Assembly: GCA_036785375.1 (NCBI GenBank)
Contig: JAWMAR010000074.1
Coordinates: 7,502,001-7,566,000 of the forward strand
DNA length: 64,000 nucleotides
Direction of reading: 5' to 3'
Origin: Leucoraja ocellata
Taxonomy: Eukaryota
Every line of letters starts with the position of its first letter. Position 1 is the first letter of the stretch. Shown here in pieces: positions 1 to 11,959 of this stretch. The position numbers were made by a program, and so were the translations under genes. Under the pieces are notes generated by a model that was not told the DNA's origin, made no database searches, and saw nothing but the letters and a program-made list of their open reading frames with translations.

Positions 1-26
1 GTTCAGGACCCTTGTTTCTGAATTAA

Positions 27-1600
27 GATAGAAACATAGAAACATAGAAATTAGGTGCAGGAGTAGGCCATTCGGCCCTTCGAGCCTGCACCGCCATTCA
101 ATATGATCATGGCTGATCATCCAACTCAGTATCCCGTACCTGCCTTCTCTCCATACCCCCTGATCCCCTTAGCCACAAGGGCCACATCTAACTCCCTCTT
201 AAATATAGCCAATGAACTGGCCTCAACTACCCTCTGTGGCAGAGAATTCCAGAGATTCACCACTCTCTGTGTGAACTCATCTCGGTTTTAAAGGATTTCC
301 CCTTTATCCTTAAGCTGTGACCCCTTGTCCTGGACTTCCCTAACATCGGGAACAATCTTCCTGCATCTAGCCTGTCCAACCCCTTAAGAATTTTGTAAGT
401 TTCTATAAGATCCCCTCTCAATCTTCTAAATTCTACAGATTATAAACAAAGTCTATCCAGTCTTTCTTCATAAGACAGACCTGACATCCCAGGAATCAGT
501 CTGGTGAACCGTCTCTGCACTCCCTCTATGGCAATAATGTCCTTCCTCAGATTTGGAGACCAAAACTGTACGCAATACTCCAGGTGTGGTCTCACCAAGA
601 CCCTGTACAACTGCAGTAGAACCTCTCTGCTCCTATACTCAAATCCTTTTGCAATGAAAGCTAACATACCATTCGCTTTCTTTACTGCCTGCTGCACCTG
701 CATGCCTACCTTCAATGACTGGTGTACCATGACACCCAGGTCTCGCTGTATCTCCCCCTTTCCCAATCGGCCACCATTTAGATAATAGTCTGCTTTCCTG
801 TTTTTGCCACCAAAATGGATAACCTCACATTTATCCACATTATACTGCATCTGCCAAACATTTGCCCACTCACCCAGCCTATCCAAGTCACCCTGCAGTC
901 TCCTAGCATCCTCTTCACAGCTAACACTGCCCCCCAGCTTAGTGTCATCCGCAAACTTGGAGATATTGCCTTCAATTCCCTCATGCAGATCATTAATATA
1001 TATTGTAAATAGCTGGGGTCCCAGTACTGAGCCTTGGGGTACCCCACTAGTCACTCTCCATCCTAATGAAGAACTTAACCATATTATGGTCACTCTTGCC
1101 CAAGGGGCCACGCACCACAAGACTGCTAACTAACCCTTCCTCATTACTCAATACCCAGTCTAGTACAGCCTGCTCTCTCGTTGGTTCCTCTACATGTTGG
1201 TTTAGAAAACTATCCCGCATGTATTCTAAGAAATCCTCTTCCTCAGCACCCTTGCCAATTTGATTCACCTAATCTATATGTAGATTGAGGTCACCCATTA
1301 TAACTGTTTTACCTTTGTTGCACGCATTTCTAATTTCCTGTTTGATGCCATCCCCAACTCCATTACTACTGTTAGGTGGCCTGTACACAACTCCCACTAG
1401 CGTTTTCTGCCCCTTAGTGTTTCGCAGCTCTACCCATATCGATTCCACATCCTCAAAGCTAATGTCCTTCCTTTCTTTTGCATTAATCTGCTCTCTAACC
1501 AGCAACGCTACCCCACCTCCTTTCCCTTTCTGTCTATCCTTCCTGAATATTGAATATCCCTGGATGTTCAGCTCCCAGCCTTGGTCACCCTGGAGCCATG
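27..1600 (-). mobile_element. CR1-clade LINE, 5'-truncated and internally deleted (APE endonuclease fragment fused to RT C-terminus, 3' UTR, (CTATGTTT)n tail)
   Basis: ORF 440-1120 has [19 protein letters not shown] and VRPHLEYCVQFWSP; ORFs 1047-1505 have VVYRPP, IMGDLN and SDH endonuclease motifs; the 3' end is almost identical to the copy at 33563-34600. Confidence 0.95.
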
Positions 1601-1602
1601 GT

Positions 1603-1684
1603 CATGCTGGAGTAACTCAGCGGGACCGGCAGCATCTCTGGAGAGAAGCAATGGGTGATGTTTCAGGCCGAGACCGTTCTTCAA
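1603..1684 (-). repeat. Penelope-derived terminal-repeat fragment with degenerate hammerhead motif
   Basis: Reverse complement matches the 3' non-coding end of the Penelope elements at 3741-3830 and 6311-6405. Confidence 0.7.
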
Positions 1685-2190
1685 CGTTTTGGAGTAAAAT
1701 CCTGCATTAGGATTGAAGGATTAGGAAGCCAACATAAAGAAAAGATGGAGAATGAACAAGGCCAGTAGGTGATTTGTGAACCAAATATGGGTTAAAGATG
1801 ATGAGCTAATGTAGAGGAAGGGGTGGAGTTGGGAGACCGAGGCAGTGGGTGTTGTGGAGGTAGATGGAAAAAGGCCTCGTTCTATTGCAGGACAGGATTT
1901 TTAACCAATTTTGTGGTGCCTCTGGTAATGAAGAGTATGACTAACTTTAATCAAATATTGTTGATCAGTAATAATCAATTACTAATGTTTTGATTAATTT
2001 TGAGGATTTTCGAATGATCTTTACTGAACTGGCAAAATGACAATCCATTAGCACTGGACAAGTTGTAGTTATTGACCTACTTGTATGTCATTCTGTAATT
2101 TCTTTAGTATAAACCCTGAGCAAATTGAAACATTGTGTTGGTTAATCCTGATGATTTAACACAAAGCATTTAGCACACTAGATGTGCTAT

Positions 2191-2832
2191 GATTAATATA
2201 ATCAATAATGAGGTCAATATAGTGCATACTTGTAGGTGGCCACTATGCAATCTTTTGGTGTGTAGGTGTGATCGAAAGAAAATTATGGAATAAAAAAATT
2301 ACAAAACATGCTAATGTGCTCTTATGTCCAATGAACCAGCACAGTTGTCATTCAACTGCAGTTTGTTCAGGTTATTACTGTTATTAACTTTTTAATTATA
2401 CAGCAGTAAGTTCCATCTGCACCTGTACCATTTATAAAAAGAAAAAATACAGAAAAACATTTTTTCATTATTTAAAATTTAATATAAAATTCAAAACATT
2501 TGAGATTCCCACAAAGCAATTTATGTTTCAAACTGCTGAGGTTTTTGGGCACTGAGAAAATTAAACAAGCTGCTGAAGGAACAAGCAGCATCTGTGATGG
2601 AGGGAGGGAGGAATTGTCTTGGTGTTGAGACTGATGCCAAGTCTTGACCTGAAATGTCAGCAGTTCCTGGCTTAAGTAATCTAGTCTCACTCTATTAATC
2701 TAATCAATATCGTAGTCAGTAAAGTGCATATGTGTTAGAGGCTACTTTGCAGTATTTTGGCATTTAGGTGTGATTCAAAGAAAATTATAGATAAAAAATT
2801 CACAAGAAATGCTAGTAAGTGATCTAATGCAC
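2191..2832. repeat. Diverged ~140 bp direct repeat (2191-2333 and 2693-2832)
   Basis: Colinear blocks: attaat-taatcaata, agtgcata, taggtgtgat-aaagaaaattat, ataaaaaa-tt, atgcta. Confidence 0.7.
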
Positions 2833-2931
2833 TTTGGCGGTCTCAAGAACGACAACTGAAGTTTCAAACGGATCTTTAATCGAAAGTTTGGTTTTCAGTA
2901 CACAGGTTCTCGAGACACGTCTGGCCACATC

Positions 2932-3872
2932 TGTGGTCAGGCTCGATGATGGGGCTCGCACCAGGCTCTCCTCCATACCCCGTAACACTGCTCTCTCTCC
3001 CCATCCCCCCCACTCGCAACAAGGGCAGAGTCCCCCTGGTCCTCACCTTTCACCCCACTAGCCGGCACGTACAACAAATAGTCCTCCGTCAGTTTCCCCA
3101 ACTCCGACGTGACCACACCACTCACCACATCTTCCCATCTCCCCCCCTGTCTGCCTTCCACAAAGACTGCTCCCTCCATAACTCCCTTGTTAATTCTTCC
3201 CTTCCCTCCCGCTCCACCCCTTCCCCGGACACTTTCCCTTACAACCGCAAGAGATGCTACACCTGTCGCTTTACCTCCCTCTCGACTCCTTTCAAGGACC
3301 CAAGCAGTCGTTCCAGGTGCGACAGAGGTTCACCTGCATCTCCTCCAACCTCAACTATTGCATCCGCTGCTCTAGATGTCAGCTGATCTATATCGGTGAG
3401 ACCAAGCGTAGGATTGGCGATCGTTTCGTCGAACACCTCCGCTCGGTCCACACTAACCAACCTGACCTCCTTGTGGCTCAGCACTTCAACTCCCCCTCCC
3501 ATTCCGTATCCGACCTCTCTGTCCTGGGCCTCCTCCATGGCCAGATTGAGCAACACCGGAAATTGGAGGAATAGCACCTCTTATTCCACTTGGGGAGTCT
3601 GCATCCTGGTGGCATGATCATTGAATTCTCACAATTCTGTTAACCCATGCTGTCTCCTCCCCTTCCTACCTCTCCCTCAGCCCTCGTCCTCCTCCTCCTC
3701 CTTTTTCCTTTCTTCTCCCCGCCTCCCCCCACCCCCTACCAGTCTGAAGAAGGGTTTCAGCCCAAAACGTTGCCCATCTCCTTCGCTCCATAGATGCTGC
3801 TGCACCCGCTGAGTTTCTCCAGCATTTTTGTGGACCTTCGATTTTCCAACATCTGCAGTTCCTTCTTAAACA
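2932..3872 (+). mobile_element. Penelope-like retroelement, 5'-truncated: GIY-YIG endonuclease remnant plus terminal repeat
   Basis: RVPLVLTFHP, CYTC, FTCISSNLNYCIRCSRCQLIYIGETKRRIGDRFVEH, VAQHFNS; frameshifted and ending in a premature stop at 3572-3574. Confidence 0.92.
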
Positions 3873-5798
3873 CATCTGGTCAGTGCAACTAATGCACGAA
3901 AGCAAAACTGTGCGAAAACAAGCAGCCTCTCCCGAGTCACGTGACTGCGGCTTCCGAACGGTGGGCTCGATACCTGGTTGCACCAGTAGATGCCGCTACA
4001 TGCACCCCCCCAGAATTCGCAGTACGGAAATGTACGGGTAACCGGAAGGTTCGACCGGAACGCGTAATCCGAGGTCGCGGGATGAGCGTAACATTCGGGG
4101 CCGGCAGAACAGGACCGGAGGGACGCGAAAAATGCGAACGAGGGACGGGCGTACCAGATGGGACTGGGGAAACATAACCGGGGGTAACAGGTGCAGAGGG
4201 CGGCAAAACAGCAGTTGGACGTCCTCTATGCCGCGGAGTGGCCACTGTCACTGGGCTATCCTCGTTGACGTGTGCCGGCCTAAAGTGGCTCACGGAGACG
4301 AAATCCTCCTTGCCACCCATGTCCAACATAAACGTCGAGGCACCAGTACTCAGCACCCTGTACGGACCCTCGTACACCCGCTGTAACGGCGAGTGGTGAG
4401 CATCTCTATGGAGAAAAACATAAGCACAATCCCGTAACATAGTAGGCACATGAACCGCAGACGAACCTGCCGGGAAGTGGGGACCGGAACCAAAGCGCCC
4501 GCTCGAGATGGTCAGCTAACAACACCAAAACCGGGACCTCTTAATCCCGGGGGACGGGCAGGAAATCCCCAGGAACTCGCAAAAACGAGCCTTAAACCAA
4601 CTCGGCCGAGGAGGCTTTGAGGTCATCCTTAGGCATTGTTCTGATGCCAAGGAGGAGCCAAGGTCGACCCAATCTGGGCCGGTGAGTTGAGCTTTAAACG
4701 GTGACTTGAGGTGCCTGTGGAAACGCTCAACCAAACTGTTGGACTCTGGGTGATACATGGTGGTCTGATGCAGCTTCACGCCATACAGCTGCACCATACC
4801 ACCCCACAGAGAGGACGTGAACTGGGCCCCATGATCGGTAGTGATATCGGAGGGAACCCCAAAACGAGCGATCCAATTCGAGACAATGGCTCTCGCGCAT
4901 GCATCAGCGGAGGTATCCATTAACGGTAACGCCTCCGCCCACCTGGTAAACCTGTCCACGATAGTCAGTAGGTGAGTAGCCCCGCGCGAACACGGTAAGG
5001 GATCCACCAGGTCGACATGGATGTGCAGGAAACTGCCGTGCGGACGGCAAAATCCTGTACCGGTGGGCGCACATGTCTCTGTAACTTTGAAGTCTGGCAT
5101 GGGATGGAGGAACGAGCCCATGCTGCGACCTGCTTCCTCAACCCGTGACAGACGAACTTTGCCGCGACCAAGGCAGCGGTGGCGCGAATGGACGGGTGCG
5201 CTAGGCTGTGGATAGTGTAGAAAATTGGAAGCCACCAAGCAACCGGGACAATGGGACGGGCTTTACCCATGGAGATATCGCAAAGGATTCGCACGCCGGC
5301 GGCGCCGCAAGGTACCTTAGCCAGCTTGAGACCTGATTCAGCATTGCGGTCAACCTCCATACCAGCATCTGCCTGTTGGGTAGCGGCCAGCTACTCATAA
5401 TCTATGCCTAGACTTAGCGCTGAGACTTCAGGCAGCGCTGGACGGGACAACGCGTCAGCCACAACGTTCAGCTTCCCTGCCACATGCCGAATATCGGACG
5501 TGAATTCGGAAATGTAGGCGAGGTGCCGTTGCTGTCTGGCAGACCAGGGGTCAGATACCTTGGTCAAGGCGAACGTGAGTGGCTTGTGATCTGTGAATGC
5601 GGTGAAAGCGCGCCCCTCCAGGAAATAACGAAAATGGTGGATCGCTACGTAGAGTGCAAGGAGCTCCCGGTCGAAAGCGCCATACTTAACTTCGGGGGCT
5701 CTTAGCTGCCTGCTGAAAAATGCCAGCGACACCCAGCGACTACCTACGCATTGCTTGAGGACGGCTCCTACCACGACGTCAGAAGCGTCCACGGTGAT
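3873..5798 (-). mobile_element. Ty3/Gypsy LTR retrotransposon fragment: RNase H, integrase, polypurine tract and start of 3' LTR
   Basis: RNase H VDASDVVVGAVL/DRELLA/FTDHKPL/VADALSR; integrase HPSIRAT, IHVDLV, IVDRFTRW, ITTDHGAQF, LVERFHR; YEGPYRV; G7 tract at 4005-4011 followed by TGTAGCGG at 4000 on the minus strand. Several frameshifts. Confidence 0.93.
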
Positions 5799-6408
5799 GA
5801 CTGCAAGAAATGCAACACCTGTCCCTTCACCTCCCCCCTCGACTCCATTCAAGGTCCCAAGCAGTCGTTCCAGGTGCGACAAAGGTTCACCTGTATCTCC
5901 TCCAACCTCATCTACTGCATCCGCTGCGCTAGATGTCAGCTGATTTACATCGGTGAGACTAAGCGGCGGTTGGGCGATCGTTTCGCCGAACACCTCCGTT
6001 CAGTCCGCAATAATCTGCCTGAACTCCCGGTGGCTCAGCACTTCAACTCCCCCTCCCATTCCCAATCCGACCTCTCTGTCCTGGGTCTCCTCCATTGCCA
6101 GAGTGAGCAATACCGGAAATTGGAGGAACAGCACCTCATATTCCGCCTGGACAGCTTGCATCCTGATGGCATGAATGTTGAATTCTCCCAATTTTGCTAG
6201 CCCTTGCTGTCTCCTCCCCTTCCTTAACCCTCGAGCTTTCTCCTCCCATCCCCCTGCCCTCGGGCTCCTCCTCCTCCCCTTTTTCCTTCCTTCTCCCCTC
6301 CCACCCCCCATCAGTCTGATGAAGGGTTTTGGCCCGAAACGTCGCCTATTTTCTTCGCTCCATAGATGCTGCTGCACCCGCTGAGTTTCTCCAGCAATTT
6401 TGTGTACC
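5799..6408 (+). mobile_element. Penelope-like retroelement, 5'-truncated: open GIY-YIG endonuclease domain plus terminal repeat
   Basis: ORF 5751-6200: CKKCNTC, NLIYCIRCARCQLIYIGETKRRLGDRFAEH, VAQHFNS, RKLEEQHLI, PDGMNVEF; colinear with 3245-3835. Confidence 0.94.
6316..6343 (+). ncRNA. Minimal type I hammerhead ribozyme motif
   Basis: CTGATGA-A-GGGT(TTTG)GCCC-GAAA-C-GTC: both core boxes, helix II, ACGT palindrome at helix III and a GUC triplet. Helix I pairing is weak. Confidence 0.75.
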
Positions 6409-6544
6409 TCCTGTTTTTGCTCTTTGCTGGTTCTGATGAAGTATCCTGGACCTGAAACATTACTTTCTACTGTTAAGGCTTAACCTGCTGAATATGTCCA
6501 GCATTTTCTGTTGTATTTCAGAATCTCAAAGGGCACTGAATATA

Positions 6545-6720
6545 TTGAACAAGCTGCCAGGGGATGTGGTAGTCTGGTACTATTATAACTATTTTCAAAG
6601 ACACTTGGTTAGACAGGAATAGGAAAGATTTGGAAGGATGTTGACTGCGACTAGCTTAGTTAAACAATTTGGTCAACATGGAATGAGTTGGGCCAAAGGG
6701 CCTTTCTCATGCTGTTTTGC
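6545..6720 (+). repeat. Degraded CR1 3' end
   Basis: tgaacaagctgccagggg, ttcaaagacacttgg, ttgggccaaagggcct resemble CR1 3' ends elsewhere in the window. Confidence 0.6.
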
Positions 6721-9485
6721 TTATTGGCTCTTCCATTCCCAGCATTTGCAGTGTTTAATAATTTTCATACTTTCCATTGTGATACAAGTATATTTAACAT
6801 GTACTTGGCTTGATGCCTCTGTAAACCAATTACAAATCATAGATTTTTGGACAGTAGCAGTGCATCATTTTCTGATATTTTATCACACTTAAGTTAGATT
6901 GATTTATTTAGCCCAATGTCCTTATCATTGATGTGCGTGAAGATGACTTCAATATGGCTGCAATTGTTGGATGTGGCACTTTCTAGTTCATATGGAGGCA
7001 TAAGAGAGTGAATATGGAGCAAAGACAAGGGAGAGCTGTTCAATTTCATCCTGAAACTTTTTTTTCCAGATTGTACATCTGATCCTCCCAAATTATAGGA
7101 AACTAAATCTAATTTTGCTGACCATATACAAAAACCTTCATGATCGTATCAATTCAAAATTGATCCGCTGTGATGACAAACGTGTTTCCAGCCAAAGAAT
7201 ATTCATATATGGCCAATTATTCAACAAAGCACAGAACTTAATTGTAATAATGGAGTCGTAATTAGCAATTCATTCAACTAATCCTTCCGCTGACTGGTTA
7301 GCACACAACAAAAGCTTCTCTGTACCTCGGTACAGGTGATAATATACTAAACTGAAACTAATTGTCTGATTTGTTCTTTCCTCAAATAGTACACACTTCT
7401 GAGCAAAATAGGCTAGGGTTTACCAGCGACTGTACTCGGTAGCTGTTGCATTGTGCTGTAACTGAACTGAATAGTGTTGGTTCAGATAACATTTGGTAGC
7501 TCAAGACTGGCTATCCATGACGTGGTGTCCACTGTTTGCAGTGGCAGAATTGTTTTCTTGCACAGTTATTAGCCTGTGGCTGTGTGGATCCACTCCGTCA
7601 TTCCCATCAAGCCATGGAACGAACCCTGCTTCAATGGAGAATGCAGAAGACATGCTAGAGACGCAGCAGAAAAATCTAAAGTCGACGTGTGAACAGAATG
7701 GCAGCAATATGTAATAAATAGAGCTACCAGATCCTTGGCTGAAACCCTTTTCATCTTTAGTCTTTGTCACTTACTCTACCCATTTGCCAATTAAACTCCC
7801 CTCACCTGTATCCACCTATCACTTGACTGTCCCAACCCTGCCTCTCTTTTCAAGCTTTCTTTCCCCCATACTATAATCAGTCTGAGGAAGGGTGCTGCCC
7901 CAAAATGTCACCTTCCCATTCCTTCTAGAGCAGCGGTTCTTTACCTGGGGGTCGTGACCCCCATGGGGGTCATTTGGCGTCTTTCCCGGGGGTCATGAAG
8001 GGGTCATAAATATCATATCAATTTGTTGGGCCCATTTTTAGGAACCTAACAAAGGTACATACCACACACAGTATTTTGTTCACGTATGTGATTACGTATA
8101 CACACACGAACTGTATGAACCATGTCTGCCAAGAAACGCACGCATAGTGAAGCATTTCTCAGGTTCGGCTTCACAAGCATTGTTCCAAATTCCATGGTCA
8201 AGCCGCAATGTGTTATCTGTGCCAAGGTTTTGAGCCACGAGAGCATGAAGCCCAGCAAACTGAAGATCCATTTGGAGTTTTGTCACAGCGACCTGGCTGG
8301 GAAGGGCGTGGACTATTTCAAATGAAAAGAAGCCGGACTCAAAGGTTCCCGCATCGATTCGATGGGTCACTGGGTCATCAAAATGAAGCAGCATTGGAGG
8401 CTTCATATCGGATTGCTTATCGAATCGCACAGACTAATAAACCTCACATCATCGGTGAAGAGCTTATCAAGCCATGCTGTCTCGAAACAGCGATGTTGGT
8501 GCTGGAGGAACAGCAGTCAAACAAGTTCAGGTAGATTTCCCTTTCGAATGACAGTCAAAAGTCGAATATCAGATATGAGTAATGATATTCTACTGCAAGT
8601 AGTGAGCGCTGTGAAGAGCAGTCCAGTGTATTCACTACAACTGGACGAGTCAACAGATGTTGCCTCATGTTCCCAACTACTAGTCTACGTTCGTTACCTC
8701 GAAGGAGAAGCCATGAATGAGGAGTACCTGTTCTCGGAGCCATTTGCTACTACCACTCGGGGAGAAGATGTGTTCAGAATGCTGGAAGCCTTCCTCATCA
8801 AGCAGGAGCTTGGCTGGGAATGCCTTGTCGGGGTAGTGTACAGATGGGGCACCTTCTATGGCCGGATGCAGTTCCAGCTTCAAAGCATTCGTGAAGGATG
8901 TCGCTCCCCATGTCTCCTTCTCCCACTGCATGATACATTGCCATGTTTAGTCTCCCTCCTGGTCTTCGAGAAGTGTTTTCAGATGTGGTGAAGATTGTTA
9001 ACCACATCCTAGGGAGCGCAACAGACTCAAGAATCTTCAAAACGATGTGTGAAGAAATGGGCATCGATTTCACTGTTCTGATATTCCACATAGAGGTGCG
9101 CTGGATTTCGCGTGGTAAAGTTCTCAATCGTATGATTTAACTTCGAGAGGAAATAGCGCTGTTCTTGGAGAGAGGGTGGACTGAAAAGAAGAATCAGCTT
9201 CATGAAAAGATGCCAGATGAACTGTTCGTGATGAAGGTTGCTTACTTGACTGACTTCTTTGCAGAGGTGAATTCCTTGACTGTCACTTCAAGGAAATCTC
9301 CTAATGCTACGCACGGCTCGTAACAAAGTGGCAGCATTCAGGAGGAAGATTCGCCTTTACCAGAGAAGAGTCCAGGACGGTGACAGGACTATCTTCCCAG
9401 AGATGACGATTCTCCTGGATGCTACGTCAGATGGTGAATGCCACTTCCACGAGGAGATCTCAACCCACCTTCTGGCAATTAGTGA

Positions 9486-9925
9486 ATATGCTGAGAGAAT
9501 GGAGCTGCTGGGCTTGTACACTCTGGAATTTAGATGGATGAGAGGAGATCTCATTGAAACATAAGATTGTTAAGGGTTTGGACACGCTAGAGGCAGGAAA
9601 CATGTTCCCAATGTGGGGGAGTCCAGAACCAGGGGTCACAGTTTAAGAATAAGGAGTAAGCCATTTAGAACGGAGACTAGGAAACACTTTTTCTCACAGA
9701 GAGTGGTGAGTCTGTGGAATTCTCTGCCTCGGAGGGCGGTGGAGGCTGGTTCTCTGGATGCTTTCAAGAGAGAGCTAGATAGGACTTAAAAATAGCAGAG
9801 TGAGGGGATATGGGGAGAAGGCAGGAACGGGTTACTGATTGGGGATGATCAGCCATGATCACATTGAATGGCGGTGCTGGCTAGAAGTGCCGAATGGCCT
9901 ACTCCTGCACCTATTGTCTATTGTC
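9486..9925 (+). mobile_element. 5'-truncated CR1 inserted in the hAT transposase
   Basis: LGLYTLEFR.MRGDLIET, 3' UTR gccgaatggcctactcctgcacc and (CTATTGT)n tail; hAT coding sequence resumes immediately afterwards. Confidence 0.92.
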
Positions 9926-10212
9926 CATCGAACGTTACTTCCCCGGACTGAACAACCGATCTCATGATGAGTGGATCATCTGACCCTTTTCCATTGAAGA
10001 CGGTGCCATCAGCAATACTGACGTGGCTGCGAAGGTTGAATTTTACCGAATTCGTGAAGATGCGCAGCTCAAGAGTGACTTCATGGAACAAGAGTTCGCC
10101 ATGTTTTGGCTGAAAGTGAAGGACTGTTCCTGTCCATTCGAAGAGGGCCCTGACCCTATTGGTCCAGCCCCCTCAACCTATCGCTGTGAGGCTGGATTCT
10201 CACCCATGTTAA

Positions 10213-11072
10213 TAGGTATGTTACAAAACCTACCTGAATCGTCATTGGGAATCTGCCCACAGCCAGGTCAGCGATTTTGGCGCTGTTTGGAGGGGGCGGG
10301 TTTAAAACGCGATTTTTACTAGGCTGTACGAATCGCAGATGTTCAGCCTAGTAAATCATTAACGAAAAATCGCTGCAAGACCCGGTCGCAAAAGGTATTA
10401 TTAGTTTTATAGGCCTCGATAATATAGTTATAATAGTTTTTAAATTACTGTCTCATTCCGCAACCACTCGCAGCCCCAGGGTTTTATAAAGCAAACAATT
10501 ACAGGTATGTACCTTATTTTTACATTAAATGGGGCATATATATAACCCTATATATCAAGTTATCTATAGCGAGTAGTTCATTTTGGGCTTTTTATATCCC
10601 GCAGTATTTTTCTCGGCATTTGAGGGCACTAATCCAGCGCGATGTCAACGTTCTAAACCAGCGCGTTCACATGAACCCACTAGAAAGCCGATTTAAATGG
10701 GCATTTATTTACAGCAATTGAACACTAAATTCCTTCCATTTGGCCTATAAATTAATGTAAATTAGATATAAAAATCATGTTATATTGTGAATTATTTGTG
10801 AATAATCTTTGGACACTTAGGCTATTTAAAAATGTTCATCTTTCCTTAAGAAATGGGCTTTTGACTATCCAAGATCACAGCTTTTTTGTAATGTCCATTG
10901 AAAATCAATAGGGAACAAGATGATAATTTCCGAGTATGAAAATGGCCATAACTTTTTTAATACGAGATATGAAAGTGAATTTAGTGTCAAATTAAACTTA
11001 TTGTTATGCTTTATCTGATGGGATAAATTGCAGACTTGATTTTTTAAATCTCAAAATTTTGTAACATTGCTA
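10213..11072. mobile_element. Non-autonomous TIR element (860 bp, MITE-like) nested in the hAT
   Basis: Imperfect 16-bp TIRs TAGGTATGTTACAAAA / TTTTGTAACATTGCTA; flanking ATGTTA duplicated (10206-10211 and 11073-11078); no ORF. Confidence 0.85.
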
Positions 11073-11250
11073 ATGTTATCTCTGAAAACGAAGGCACGCA
11101 ACAGGCTTGTGATTGGCGCTGACATGAGCTGCTGCCTGTCGAGCATTCGTCCTCGTTTTGATCGCTTGATGAATTTTATACACTTGGTGCTTGCATCTCG
11201 AAGGATCTGTAATCCCAAAATGGGATCAATGTAGGATTGGGTGTAAATAG

Positions 11251-11322
11251 ATGCTGCTGCACCCATAGATGCTCCATAGATGCTGCTGCACCCGCTGAGT
11301 TTCTCCAGCTTTTTTGTGTAAC
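11251..11322 (+). mobile_element. 72-bp Penelope terminal-repeat insertion with 13-bp TSD
   Basis: TGGGTGTAAATAG at 11238-11250 and 11323-11335 flanks sequence matching 6361-6405. Confidence 0.85.
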
Positions 11323-11959
11323 TGGGTGTAAATAGCTGTTTGATTGATGACACTGACTCAGTGGGCCGAAAGGTCTGTTGCTGTTATCTCTCTCTGAGTC
11401 TATTGCCCTGTAAACTATTCTCTCAGAATTCTCTCAGACACTTGAGAGAACATAGTTTACAAGGTAATAGACTTGTAGTGAGAGTCTTTGGCCCACTGAA
11501 TCCGTGCCATCAAGTAGCAGAGTGTGTTATACACCTGTAGTACTTTCATTTCTACAGGGTCTGAGGTTTTTCAGCTACATTTAAAATGGGTTTGATTCAT
11601 GTTCATGTACCTACCTCAAAACATTAAATTAGAGATGCACCGAATTCAAGTTAGGGCTGTTGAATCTCATTGCATGTATTTGTATGCAATGAGTTACTTT
11701 TGTTATTGAACAGAGTTCCAGCTCCTTTCCTCTTTGGAGAATGAGACAGAGTATGCCATCCAGACTGGTTGAATGTCATAGCATTGCTGTGTGCGAATCA
11801 TCCCATGCTAACAAACCTTGAGGCTGTTGGTTACCATTGCAGAGTACCCTCTTCTAAATGTCCTTGTTGGAAGAAATAGAACTAACATTTCAATGTGAAC
11901 AAATTGAAGAATATTTCTTAACATAATTCCAGGAAAATAAATTTCAACTCTGAGATTGT

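Larger units (their letters stand above)
7931..11175 (+). mobile_element. hAT DNA transposon (Buster/Charlie-like), decayed transposase, interrupted by two nested insertions; right TIR not found
   Basis: Left end CAGCGGTTCT preceded by 8-mer TTCTAGAG (nnnTAnnn); BED finger KPQCVIC..MKPSKLKIHL..CH; YSLQLDESTD; EVRWISRGKVL; STYRCEAGFS continuing after the nested element as MLSLKTKARNRL. Confidence 0.93.

Noticed and set aside
5391-6200. ORFs 5391-5993 (-) and 5751-6200 (+) as novel fusion proteins
   Set aside because: Chance read-through across the Gypsy/Penelope junction near 5798.
7493-7770. Overlapping short ORFs as a host exon
   Set aside because: No recognisable protein; the + strand IKPWNEPCFNGECRR resembles a decayed LINE ORF2 segment.
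8122-9564. Domesticated ZBED/Buster host gene
   Set aside because: Multiple stops and frameshifts, a retained TIR and nested insertions indicate a dead transposon.
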